Source of the DNA: Camelus ferus
Lineage: Eukaryota
Reading direction: 5' to 3'
DNA length: 64,000 nt
NCBI RefSeq assembly: GCF_009834535.1
Contig: NC_045707.1
Span: forward strand, 54,500,001-54,564,000
Position numbers and translations under genes: made by a program. The notes beneath the pieces are model-generated. The model was not told where the DNA came from. It ran no database searches and saw only the letters and a program-made list of their open reading frames with translations. Position 1 is the first letter of the stretch. Every line of letters starts with the position of its first letter. Shown piece after piece: positions 53,085-64,000 of the stretch.

Positions 53085-53720
53085 TACAAATACCTTCTAT
53101 GAGCCAGCAACTGTGTTAGGTGTTTGGGACTTGGTAGTGGACAGGAGAGAAAAGGCCTTTGCCCCGAGAGAGCTTATATTCCAGTAGGGGAGGCTGAAAA
53201 TTAACAAGGAAAACACATAAATAAGATCATTTCAACAGTGCTAAGTGCTGTCAAAACATAACAATGATATCATGGAAGGTTCATGGCATCTGGGGAGGGC
53301 AGCTGGAGGCATATTGGATGGGAAAAAGGCATAGACTTATTCTGTCTGCTTTGGGAAAACTTGAGAAGGTGAAGAATGAGACAAATAACAAAGAGGAGGA
53401 AGTCTTGTGCAGATGAGGGAGATGAGTGACTTGGACCAGGGGCACAGCCCCGCTCTGGCACTGAAGCTAAAGAGCTTGGCCTCCTGACAGATACCAAGGA
53501 CCTGCGGGGCTACAGCCGAGTTGGGGAAAGAGTGGTGCGCCAGGCAGGTAGGCCCACTAGTGTAGGGCTTGGCAGCGCAGAGGGAGAAAGTCTCGTTTCA
53601 TGCCAACCATATTAGAGATCCCTGGAGTGTGCTGAGCAGGAAAGGAGATAACCCAAGTGGTTGCCAGGAAACTAGGAGAATGTTACAAACAGTGCAGGAC
53701 CACTTCTTCCTGCTTGACTT
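53085..53720 (-). mobile_element. L2 fragment
   Basis: gagccagcaactgtgttaggtgtttggga...gagcttatattccagtagggg. Confidence 0.65.
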
Positions 53721-53943
53721 TAGCAACTGGATGGTTGGGGGTAGATAGAGATGGGGGGGGACAGCTTTGGGGAAAATACAGTAGTTCTCTTCTGGACCCA
53801 AAAAGTTTTAGAGACCACATGGAGATGTCAGGGAGGCAGTAACTGTCTGGTTGGGACAATTGCATAACACACATAATCTGAACTATGAAAAAGAATTTAA
53901 TCATTAGTGTGTCTCATGTATTTTTATTTCTCTTTCTTTGCAG

Positions 53944-54054
53944 ATCATGTATTTCAGTTCTCTGTTCCCATATGTGGTACTTATATGCTTCCTAATCAGA
54001 GCACTCCTTTTAAATGGTTCAATTGATGGCATCCGTCACATGTTTACCCCTAAG
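53944..54054 (+). CDS. SLC6A15: SLC6A15 exon 6
   Basis: ttctttgcag| [37 protein letters not shown] |gtacgc. 111 nt. Confidence 0.97.
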
Positions 54055-55715
54055 GTACGCACTGTATTTCTAATTAGGCTTATGAGCACAAAGGCTTTAC
54101 ATTTATAGTTAAAATGTTCCCATAGTTAGATTTAACTTCTAACTTATGTTCACTAGACTGGTAAATTATAGCTGTTATGTTAACCAGCCTACTAAAACCA
54201 GAGCTTTTAGATACCTACATATATCCATCTCTCTCCAATTTTAAATGTCCCATTTTAGTGCTACAGTAAGTTTTACTTTTTAAACTTCAAAAATTCCTCT
54301 TTTGTAATTAATTAACGTCCCATTTTTACACTGATACACTTTAGAACTTTTAAATCTTTACTCTTCCTCCTCTATTTCAGTGATTTTTAACCTTTTTGTG
54401 ACATGAACCCCTTTGAGAAAAACTGATAATGGGATCTTCTTACTGGGAAAAAAAAATGAACATATTAATTTGCTTAGTGTCTCAAGAGGTTGACAGATCA
54501 CCTAATATCTCTGGACCCAGGTTAAGAACCCTACTCTATCTAAATCTTGTCTCAGAAAAATCCAAGACTTCTTATTTTGTTTTGAGGTTTTATATCTTCT
54601 AGAATAGTATGTATAGTAGTGCATTTGGGAAGTTCCATAACTTTTATAAATGCATATACATTTCAGGCAAATCCTCAATAGGTCTCCTAAAAGGCCTGGA
54701 ACTTAGACTCTGTCATTCAGCTTGGAACTGACCTCCAACACTGGACACATTGAACCTGATTAATAAATTTTTGTGGACCTGTTACATTCATTTGACAAGA
54801 AAAAAAAAGGTTTGAGGTGTATATATTTTGGTTATCCACTGAAATGAAGTTACACTTCATATTAGTTTGCTAACACGATCATAGGCAGATACTGAGTTAT
54901 AAAAATACAACTTCAAAATTAGTTCAGAAATTGAAAGTTACCCAAAGGATGAATGTGTAGCCAAGCATCTTGCTGAGGGACTGGGGCACAAGATTTAGCC
55001 TCCCTGGAATTGTCACTCCTGGCCTCTGCCTTGATACTGTGTAAAAGACGCTTGTGTAATTTGGGTTCTAGTTCCAACTTGGTGTTCATTCTCTAGTAGC
55101 AAAAATGTTGACTTTGTGATCTGATTTTCTTGAGTAGTTCAAAAGTCCTGTTTAACATTTAGAGTTAGTAGAACTCCTCAGTGAATAACTGGTTTAGATT
55201 TATGAATTTTGGCTATGTTTTAATTTAAATCAGTCTCAAATGGGCCATACTTAATGACCAAAAATATTTATATTTGAAAATTAAAAAAAAGTTTTCTGAG
55301 TTTAAAATAACTAGCTTTGGTGTGAATTTCTGGAATAGCACATTTTTCTAAGTTGTGACATAATTTTCAAAATTGATTTATGTATATATTTTAATATTTA
55401 AATACTTTGATTTGACACTTTCTCATGGCCCCCATTTTTAAGATTGTAGCACTATTATTTAACATTTTAAACCAGGACTGGGGATGTCTATTAAAGCAGG
55501 GTTAATTATTTCTTCACTTCACTTTCCACAAACTATTAAATGGCCAGTGTAGGATGTGATAGTTATATAATAACAATAAGAAGTTGTCAGTTACTTTTTA
55601 ATGTACACTATAAATGTAAAGGAGAAGTACCTAAGCACAGGAAATATTCCAGGTGAATGGAGGCTTAATTCCTGCAATGGAAGAAATCTGAATATGTCTA
55701 GTAAATAGGTATTAT

Positions 55716-55729
55716 CTGCCATCTAGTGG
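55716..55729 (-). promoter_or_regulatory. CTCF core motif
   Basis: Minus strand reads CCACTAGATGGCAG, matching the CCACYAGRKGGCRG consensus. Confidence 0.6.
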
Positions 55730-56854
55730 GTAAAGTAGGGATAGACAGTTGAGTAAATTTCAGTAGATCAGTATTAACCATAGGATGGTAATTCAGCAGC
55801 AAGGGTCAATAAATAGTATGTATATCCTAGTTAATTGCAAATAAATTATAAATATAACCATGATTATGATTCATGATTACATTGCATACATTTAAGTAAT
55901 AATCACTAAAATTAATTCAAGAATAAATCCTAATATTTGAGAAATTATGCATTTTGGAACCTAGTCGTGTTCATATTTCAGCTCTATTCCAGAACTGCTG
56001 TACAACGTTAGGCAGGCGACTCAGCTTTTCTAAGATTCAGGTAATAGTAGTAACAACTTCATTGGTGGTTGTGAATATTAAATGAGATAATCCATACAAA
56101 GTGTTTATCAGCATGGCTAGCACTATAGTCCATGTATATGGAGGACTTAGAGTGCGGTGGGCACTGTGATCAGCAGTGCGTGCCTTGTTTCAGTTAAAAG
56201 TTAAAACTCAGAGTGCAGCAGAGTTACTTGAAACCTATGTTCAGCACAGTTTCAGAACTCTAGGAACTTTGGTCTTAGAGATGATATATTGAATTTCCTC
56301 AATTTTCAAAGAAAAAGTCTTTCAGGAAATTGTTGAATGAATGAACAAGACCCACGTGGATATACAAAAAACAAACAGTTCAACTCTACCAAGCTTACAA
56401 GTATTATCTGCTTTGATTATTAGACTTCCACCAGAAAACACAAAAATTAGGGTATTGGTTAAATATTTAACTTTTATTGCTAATTGATTTATTTTGCTTT
56501 GGAAAGAAAACAAAGAATAGGAATAACCAAGGATAGTTCATTTCTCTTTCAAATAGTCCTTTGATGATTTGTCTTAAAGATATTTGAAAATTCCCATATA
56601 AGTAGAAAATTTCCATGTAACATCTCCATCTAAAGGCTTGATCATTTATAGTCTTTCCTATTTATAGTCCTTGTTTCATTCCTAAATTAAAAAAATTTTT
56701 TTTTCTACTTAAGAACAGATTATCCCCTCAACTTAAATGACCTTTGGAGCCTAGGTGTCATTATGATATGTTTAAACAATAGAACTAGTTTCATGTAGAG
56801 TATTCTGAAACAGTGACTTTGGAGCTGACTTCTATTATGTTTAATTTTAAACAG

Positions 56855-57096
56855 CTTGAAATAATGCTGGAGCCCAAGGTCTGGAGAGAAGCTGCCACTC
56901 AGGTGTTCTTCGCCTTAGGTCTAGGATTTGGTGGTGTCATTGCCTTTTCAAGCTACAACAAGAGAGACAACAACTGCCACTTTGATGCCGTCCTGGTGTC
57001 CTTCATCAATTTTTTTACTTCTGTCCTGGCAACTTTGGTGGTGTTTGCAGTTCTGGGCTTCAAAGCAAACGTCATAAATGAGAAGTGCATTGCAGA
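56855..57096 (+). CDS. SLC6A15: SLC6A15 exon 7
   Basis: aacag| [80 protein letters not shown] |gtatgg. 242 nt. Confidence 0.97.
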
Positions 57097-57199
57097 GTAT
57101 GGTTATTAATGTCCTTTAGCTTTTGATGGCATCATTATATTGTTTAAAAATCCCCCTCTCAAATCCGTAAGTTTTCATTATTGTCGCTCTGTTTTGCAG

Positions 57200-57392
57200 A
57201 AATTCGGAAATGATCATCAAACTTGTGAAAATGGGCAACATTAGCCAGGATATCATTCCCCATCATGTCAACTTTTCTGCTGTTACTGCGGAAGATTATC
57301 ATTTAGTTTATGACATCATTCAAAAAGTGAAAGAAGAAGAGTTTCCTGCTCTTCATCTCAATGCCTGTCGAATTGAAGATGAGCTAAATAAA
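57200..57392 (+). CDS. SLC6A15: SLC6A15 exon 8 (large extracellular loop 4)
   Basis: ttttgcag| (E)[64 protein letters not shown] |gttagt. 193 nt; the preceding intron is only 103 bp. Confidence 0.96.
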
Positions 57393-58284
57393 GTTAGTAG
57401 CTGATGTTTCAGCAATAAAATAATGATCATTAACCTAAAACAGTCACTACCCGGAAGACTTCTTTTAGGAAAATGACCTATAAAATCCCTGTGGGAGATC
57501 CTGCTGTGTCAAAATTCACATTCTTTGTTTCAGAGAACATACTTGCTTACATCAAAAAAGTTTGCTTTACTTTAAAAAGCAGTTTCATTAAGCCACAATA
57601 ATTTAAAATATGAATATAAATTAGGCGATTTTCTTCACAGAAAATGAAATTAGTCTGACAGCTTTCCCAGTATAATATTTAATACAAATTTTGAATTATG
57701 AGTGTCATTTACATACTGCATGATCATTTGGACACATGAATGCCATTTGCCCATTTTAATAACTGTGTTCAATAAGTCACGATTAAGTCCTTTTTCTTAG
57801 CCACTGTCATATATTTTAATATGAGATAGGTGAACATAAATAAATACCTTTGTATTAGTGGTCGCCTTCTCTTTGTATTGCATTGCCAAAAAGGAAAATA
57901 TAATGGTGAAATTGGCTGTTAATCACTTGCTTTAAGATAGCTAACTACACTTGAGACTAAACATAAGGAATCGTTTGCAGCAAATTACAGATGAAGCCAT
58001 CATTAATATAAAAATCTTGAATTCTGTAAGGGAAGATTTAATTATTAAATAACCCCTAAATTTCCTTTTTTTTTTAAATTTTGGTCTATCTGTTGTCTTT
58101 CTGAAATAACATGATCACCTTAAAGTTTGCTTGGAGGCATAGTTTCTTAGGAGGCAACATGATATTAACATGTTTATTTCTAGTCACTCCTGGGTATTAT
58201 TCAGAGTTTCCCTGCCCTTTGTAACTGATGTATATAGAGTTATTATTGCTCTGTATTAATGTGGCTATTTTGTATATCTTACAG

Positions 58285-58477
58285 GCTGTTCAAGGGACTG
58301 GTTTAGCTTTTATTGCCTTTACAGAAGCGATGACACATTTCCCTGCGTCTCCCTTCTGGTCAGTGATGTTCTTCCTCATGCTGGTAAATCTAGGGCTTGG
58401 CAGCATGTTTGGAACCATTGAAGGGATCATCACGCCCATTGTGGACACTTTCAAAGTGAGGAAAGAAATTCTCACTG
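58285..58477 (+). CDS. SLC6A15: SLC6A15 exon 9
   Basis: ttacag| [64 protein letters not shown] |gtgagt. 193 nt. Confidence 0.97.
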
Positions 58478-58933
58478 GTGAGTTTTCACGTATTTGACTT
58501 CTTGTTGAACTGATGCAGGCCATTTTACTCTTAGTGAGTGATGGGAGATGGGAATAGGAAAGTTTATTATTAATATATACTTATTAATGCATATTACTAT
58601 TAGTTACCTATGGGTTTATGTATATAATATGCAAATTATAGATTTAATGTAGATATTATCTACTAGCGATCATTTATTATATTACTCTTTATTAGTAGTA
58701 ATGTCATTATTATGAATTACTGGCACTAGAACAAAGTCATAGAATGTTCATGCATAATTTTGCATTCAAGTCAAATAATTATCAAAAAATTAGTTCAGAT
58801 CCCATACTCCTTTTCCAAAAAGTGCACAGCTTAAATTGATAAACTGAAATTCAATTCCCATATAAAACAGCAATTGTAGCCTGATAGAAATTCATATATC
58901 TAGGTAAGAAAGATGGTAACACAATTTATCAAT

Positions 58934-59084
58934 TTTTGATATAAGTATAGTCAGTTTACAATATGTCAATTTCTGGTGTACAGCATAATGCTTCAGTCAT
59001 ACATGAACATACATATATTCATTTTCATATTCATTTTCGCCATAAGTTACTACAAGATACTGAATATAGTTCCCTGTGCTATAC
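58934..59084 (-). mobile_element. Short 5'-truncated lineage-specific L1 3' tail with TSD
   Basis: Reverse homologue of 24226-24385. TSD AACACAATTTATCAAT (58918-58933) and AACACAGTTTAGCAAT (59085-59100). Confidence 0.85.
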
Positions 59085-61284
59085 AACACAGTTTAGCAAT
59101 ACTGATGGTTGTTAGTAAATCCAATCTGTAAGCAGTTATTAAAGTTCCAGTTTTGTATTGCATCGTCCTTGCATTTGAGGGATATCAACAATATAAGAGA
59201 AATTACAACAGAGATACAGCGATAGAGGAGAGCCTTCTTCTAAAAAGAATAGTACTAATAATTAAAATCAAGTTAGGTAGGTAAGACTTGTACCATGTAA
59301 TATACTGATAGCGTAGTAGAGACTTTACATGTTATAAGAATTAAGAAGCAGCAAAGGTTATCTAAATATATGAGGGACCTGTCAGGGAAAGAGGTGGAAA
59401 CTGAATCGGAAAAGCAGAGGTCTTTTCAGGGGTCAGAGGATGTTAGGAAGCACACACTAGAGATAAAGGGAGCAGTGAGGAAGCCAGCCAGACCAGATGA
59501 CCGCAACAGTGTTGGTAAGTGATGCAAAAATACACTGGAAAAAAAATAGAAAGATGATCTTGAATGCTGGGCAGTGGTGCACCAGCTCCCCAACGCTCTG
59601 CTTTTAGCTCTGAAGGACTTAGTACTTATTTATGTATAAATACTTTCAAATACCTATATAATATATAGTTATATATGTGTGTGTGTGTATACCTTTATCA
59701 CTCACTGTTCTGCGAAGTGCAAAACAATTTCAGCAGTTTGTTAAATATTTACATACAAATATCTTTAACTCAGCCGAACATAAATGAGAAATGTCTTTAT
59801 CTTTTCCTGAAAGACAATCTCTTCTGGAGTTTCTATTTTATTTATGGCTATCAATACCCGGCCTGACAGGCGAATTAACAGTCATCTTTGCTGCTTTCCT
59901 CATTTTTGCCCCGTATCTCAACCCTCCTGTGGTAAGAGGGTTTGCAAAAGCAAGGGAAAAGCAAGTTTAGAGGGAGAAACACACATGGGAGAATCTGCCA
60001 ACTCGCAGTGGAAGACCTATTAGGTCAGAGTAAAGACGACTATGCACTCTTCCCGGGTTACTTCTCTTCCAGGATCATACTTTTATTCAAGTCATGTTTT
60101 ACTTTGATGAAATGTTCCCCCATCACCTCTGTCTCCTCTGATAGTACAGCAGGACTTAAGTAAGTGAATGACTCATTATCTTTTCCTGTCCCATTGTCAG
60201 CAAAACTGTTAGTGTCTATACCACCTCAACTACACCTTCTTCGAATCTACCTTATACTGTCATGTAATTAGGAGAGAGAGAGAGGGACACAGCTCTGCTA
60301 CTTCCATCTTGAGACTTTGATTACAATTTACTGTGACAAGCATTTCAATATTTTAGTATGTGTTAGGCTCCAAGTAAATGCTACCTTTCCTATTCTATGT
60401 GATATGTATATAATATTCATTAATGTATGGTGTAACTCATATCACTGGCAGAGCACTTAAGAGATGGTGGAAATGACTTAATTTAGCCCATACTTACTGA
60501 GATTCTTAGGGAACCCCCACTGGATGGAACCCAGGGGTGTCTGTTTTCTCCCCTCCTGAACTGCTGTTACCTGCCCTCCTTTCACTTTTGCTCACCTCTG
60601 CTAAAAGGTGGTTGAGAAACAGAAGACAGTCATCTCCTATTTTTGACGGCTTCTCTACTAAGTGCATGAGAGAATAAAGAGTCCAACAAAAATGTGGGAA
60701 TATTATCTGGATTCCAGAAATCTCTCTAGGTTTTTATATTAATGGTAGCTGGTTAAAAGTTTCTGCATCTTTCTTAAGTGCTACTGCAGAAACTCCTTTT
60801 AGATGGTTCTTAGTACTTGGAGAATCAGATTACTGGAGCCACATTAATCTCATTATTAATTAAAAATTCAATATTGCTTCCAAAACTATGAAACATTTTT
60901 AAAAGTAGAAATGACCTATGAACATCTGCTGTCTAAAAAGGTTACTTTGCTCTTAGTAAAGGGAAGAAGGGTAGAGAAATTTAACATATTTCTCAGTTTT
61001 GCCTCATTTGTTATATGCGCTTGGGGAAGAAGTTTCCACAGACTCAGGGAGATGAGTTGAATTACTATCTTACAATGAATTCAGATTAAGTCTGGGGCTA
61101 AGTCCTGGTGACTAACTCCCAATGAGTTATATTCCATGGTATCGGTTAAGGTATCCTATTTATATCATTGACAACTTATTAAAGTGGAAACAAACTTATT
61201 ATTTGCAATAATAAATTTATAATGAAGTTTAGAAGACCTGGACTCTGAATAGGGTTTAATTTCTTATTTGTTCCTTTTGTCCAG

Positions 61285-61444
61285 TTATCTGTTGTCTTCT
61301 GGCATTCTGTATTGGCCTGATATTTGTGCAGCGCTCTGGAAATTACTTTGTTACAATGTTTGATGACTATTCTGCCACACTGCCTCTGCTAATTGTAGTC
61401 ATTTTGGAGAATATTGCTGTATCCTTTGTTTATGGCATAGATAA
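61285..61444 (+). CDS. SLC6A15: SLC6A15 exon 10 (gene continues beyond the window)
   Basis: tgtccag| (V)[52 protein letters not shown] |gtaagt. 160 nt; cumulative CDS 1655 nt with no stop. Confidence 0.97.
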
Positions 61445-61769
61445 GTAAGTATACTCTCTTTTATGCATTCATTTTTCATCTCTGTTTTGGAAAGACCAGT
61501 TTTCATTGTTTATCTCATTTAGAAGAAGAGGGAAATGACTAGATGGAAAATTTCCTTTCCACAAAAATCAAATCTTTTGCAGGCTCTTCTTCATTCAACA
61601 ATTTTAATGAAGTACTTTTCCTTATTAGGTGATGAGATAGAACGGCGTAGATGGTAATGCAGTCTAGGGTTCTGGAGCTTTGATTTAATTCTGGTTACGA
61701 AATAGTTACTTCCAAGATCTAGTGAGTATTGGCTATGTTCCAAGAACCACGTCAAGTTGTTTGGAGCTA

Positions 61770-61900
61770 TTGTTAGGTATATTTCACAGATAAGAAAACG
61801 CAGGCTTAGTGAGGCACCAAGTGACTTGCTCATCACACACCTGGACAGAAGCAGACCTGGGATTCACAGCCGTTTAGCTTAACTCTAAAGCCTATGCTTC
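61770..61900 (-). mobile_element. MIR SINE
   Basis: atttcacagataagaaaacgcaggcttagtgagg...aagtgacttgctcatcacacac. Confidence 0.7.
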
Positions 61901-64000
61901 TGGTTACTTGTTTTACACGAGAAATTTTATTTTCTTGTGCTAGATAATGCCTTGCTTTACCAGGCAACGTAATGTTTTATGTATCAGGCTCATTTGGGGG
62001 AATGGTATGTCCTGCCCTGAGATATGTATGGCATTTGTTATACAGAAACTTCATATTTACATGGAGTCATGACTTGAATTCACTAAATGCCTAAACCTCT
62101 GAATTATATACCTGCTTGATATAAGAAGTAAAACACTTGGTGTGAAATGAAGCATTAGAGTAATCTCAGAAGAAGAAAGTTTCTGAAGGCTTGGTCCGAT
62201 ATTTTTAAAGTTGTTGTCTCTACTTAACATACAGGGACTAAAGGCGTAAGATCATCAAGCGTATTAGAAGTCTCTGTAAAGTAGGAATGAACGAGGACCA
62301 GAGTGCTCTTAAACAACGTAAAGAACATTCTTGGTATTGACTGAGATTTGTGACAAAGCTAAAAGAATGTTTTCATTACTGTCAAAAGCTCCAGGCAAGG
62401 AAAGATAGGGGAACTTACATTTAATGATCATGTACTCATAGTAATAGTAGTAACAGCTGTATGACATGCATTTGATCTTCCTCCTCATAAAAATACTCTT
62501 TGGTAACTACTATCGCCCATATCACAGATGGAAAATTGACCCTACTTGTACAGGAGAATGCAGCATGTTAATTGTAGAGCTAGGACTTTAAACTTGAATT
62601 TCAAAACCAGATATTGCCACACTCTACCAAGCTACCACCACCAGCTTCTAGCCTGCACCATGTTGGAATTTGATGTTGTTATCAGGCTGAATCAATAAGA
62701 TCATAATTTAGATTTCCATTTAGACAGTTTGTCATTTACAGTAGGCATAGTACTAAATATCTCTTTTTAGTAGTTTGTGTTCCTAAATAATAATCATTAT
62801 AACAGTAGGAGGAATAATAATACTATGCATCTATTAAATTCCTACTGTGTGTGAAGTAGTGTGCTCCACATACATTGTCTATGAGCCTAACAATAACCTT
62901 CCAAGATAGGTACTCTTGTTTTTGAAAATGCCAAAAATTTTCAACAGGACTAAGATAAACATGAAAAGATGACCAAGCTATGATGTGAAACCAAGTCCGT
63001 TGGTCTCCAAAACTCCTATTTTGTCTTAGGAGCAAGGTTAGAATTCTCCTGTCTAAAATGCTCTCAATTACTTGCCCCTCCTTTAGATGTCTGTAGCAAC
63101 TTTATATGCTTCCTGTTCTCTTTCAACAGTGTCATGAGCTCAGTTCTGTTCTGCCTTCTGCCATGTTTACCTACATTTCCAGACACAGGGTTAAGGGAAA
63201 GAAGGCAATCAAAACCTAAACTTTTGAGACAGCAAATTCAAATGCAGAAAAAGAAGTGTTGGAGCATAGGAATTTAGCAATTAGGACAAACTATGAATGA
63301 GAGGAAATGAGGAGGAGGAGCCCATGCAGCTGAAAGTGATGGCTGTGTATTTCCCTGAGTCTGCTCTTAAAATGGAAAGAGGAAAAGAACGACTAGAAAG
63401 CAAAACCAAATTCCCATGAACAGTGGCAAGAAGATATTCCTGTGAGCCCCCAAACAGAGAGGCTAGGGACAAGCCACTGGCAACCACAAGACGTGTGTGG
63501 CGTCGCATCTGTGAGGGAGACGATGTAGGATGTACAACGGGGCTTAGGACAGTCTCCAGTCAGCCCAGACCCTCCCTGCAACTTGTGGGCAGCTGATCTG
63601 GAGACCCTGACCTAAACTGAGAGACATCTTACGGGATCCTTGACCTTATTTCAAGGAATGCAGAGAGATCAAAATGCAATAAGATCATCAGTGCTGGAGC
63701 AATATGGTCTCTAAAAACTCTTGAGACAGACAACCCAAAGTTCCCTTCCCAGAGAAAGCTCTGTAAGAGAGTGATGGGCACAAAACCTCAGCTGAGCAGG
63801 AGAGAGATAGTAGGGGCAATGAAAAAGAAAGTCCAGGTAAATATGAGAAGGAGAGCAGAGGTAAATAGAACTGAGAAATTATGAGGCCACTATTTTTTAT
63901 TACTTTGCAAAAATCGAGAGGTAATGCCCATCCCTCCCTCCTAAAAAAGCAGGAAAATTCATTTCACTTAAATGTGGTCAAAACTTTTATAAAATGTTAT

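Noticed and set aside
44186..58523. Antisense ORFs overlapping exons 2, 3 and 9
   Set aside because: Shadow ORFs of the real coding exons.
1..64000. CRISPR arrays, tRNA/rRNA genes or prokaryotic-type systems
   Set aside because: None seen. The sequence is a spliced mammalian locus.

Overview
Mammalian, AT-rich and repeat-rich genomic DNA. It is probably a cetartiodactyl and most likely a camelid, judged from the L1 3' tails and the absence of recognisable Alu, Bov-tA or PRE1 SINEs. About 28.7 kb of upstream sequence is mostly old transposable elements. A CpG-island promoter follows (~28.8-30.5 kb), then the 5' part of SLC6A15 (B0AT2/SBAT1 Na+-dependent neutral amino acid transporter) on the + strand. 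I traced a probable non-coding exon 1 and coding exons 2-10. All have GT-AG boundaries and join into a continuous frame of 1655 nt (~551 codons); the remaining exons lie beyond the window. The most notable non-routine items are: a full-length U1 snRNA retrocopy with a perfect 17-bp target-site duplication (TSD), in sense orientation in intron 1; an open read-through of exon 5 resembling the short human isoform; an L1 with both ends and a TSD but microhomology-joined internal deletions, nested in an older L1; several solo ERV1 LTRs; a strong CTCF motif; and extra donor sites and TF-motif clusters in the CpG island. I found no convincing evidence of a wholly new biological system. Repeat subfamily names and human comparisons are from memory and need database confirmation.
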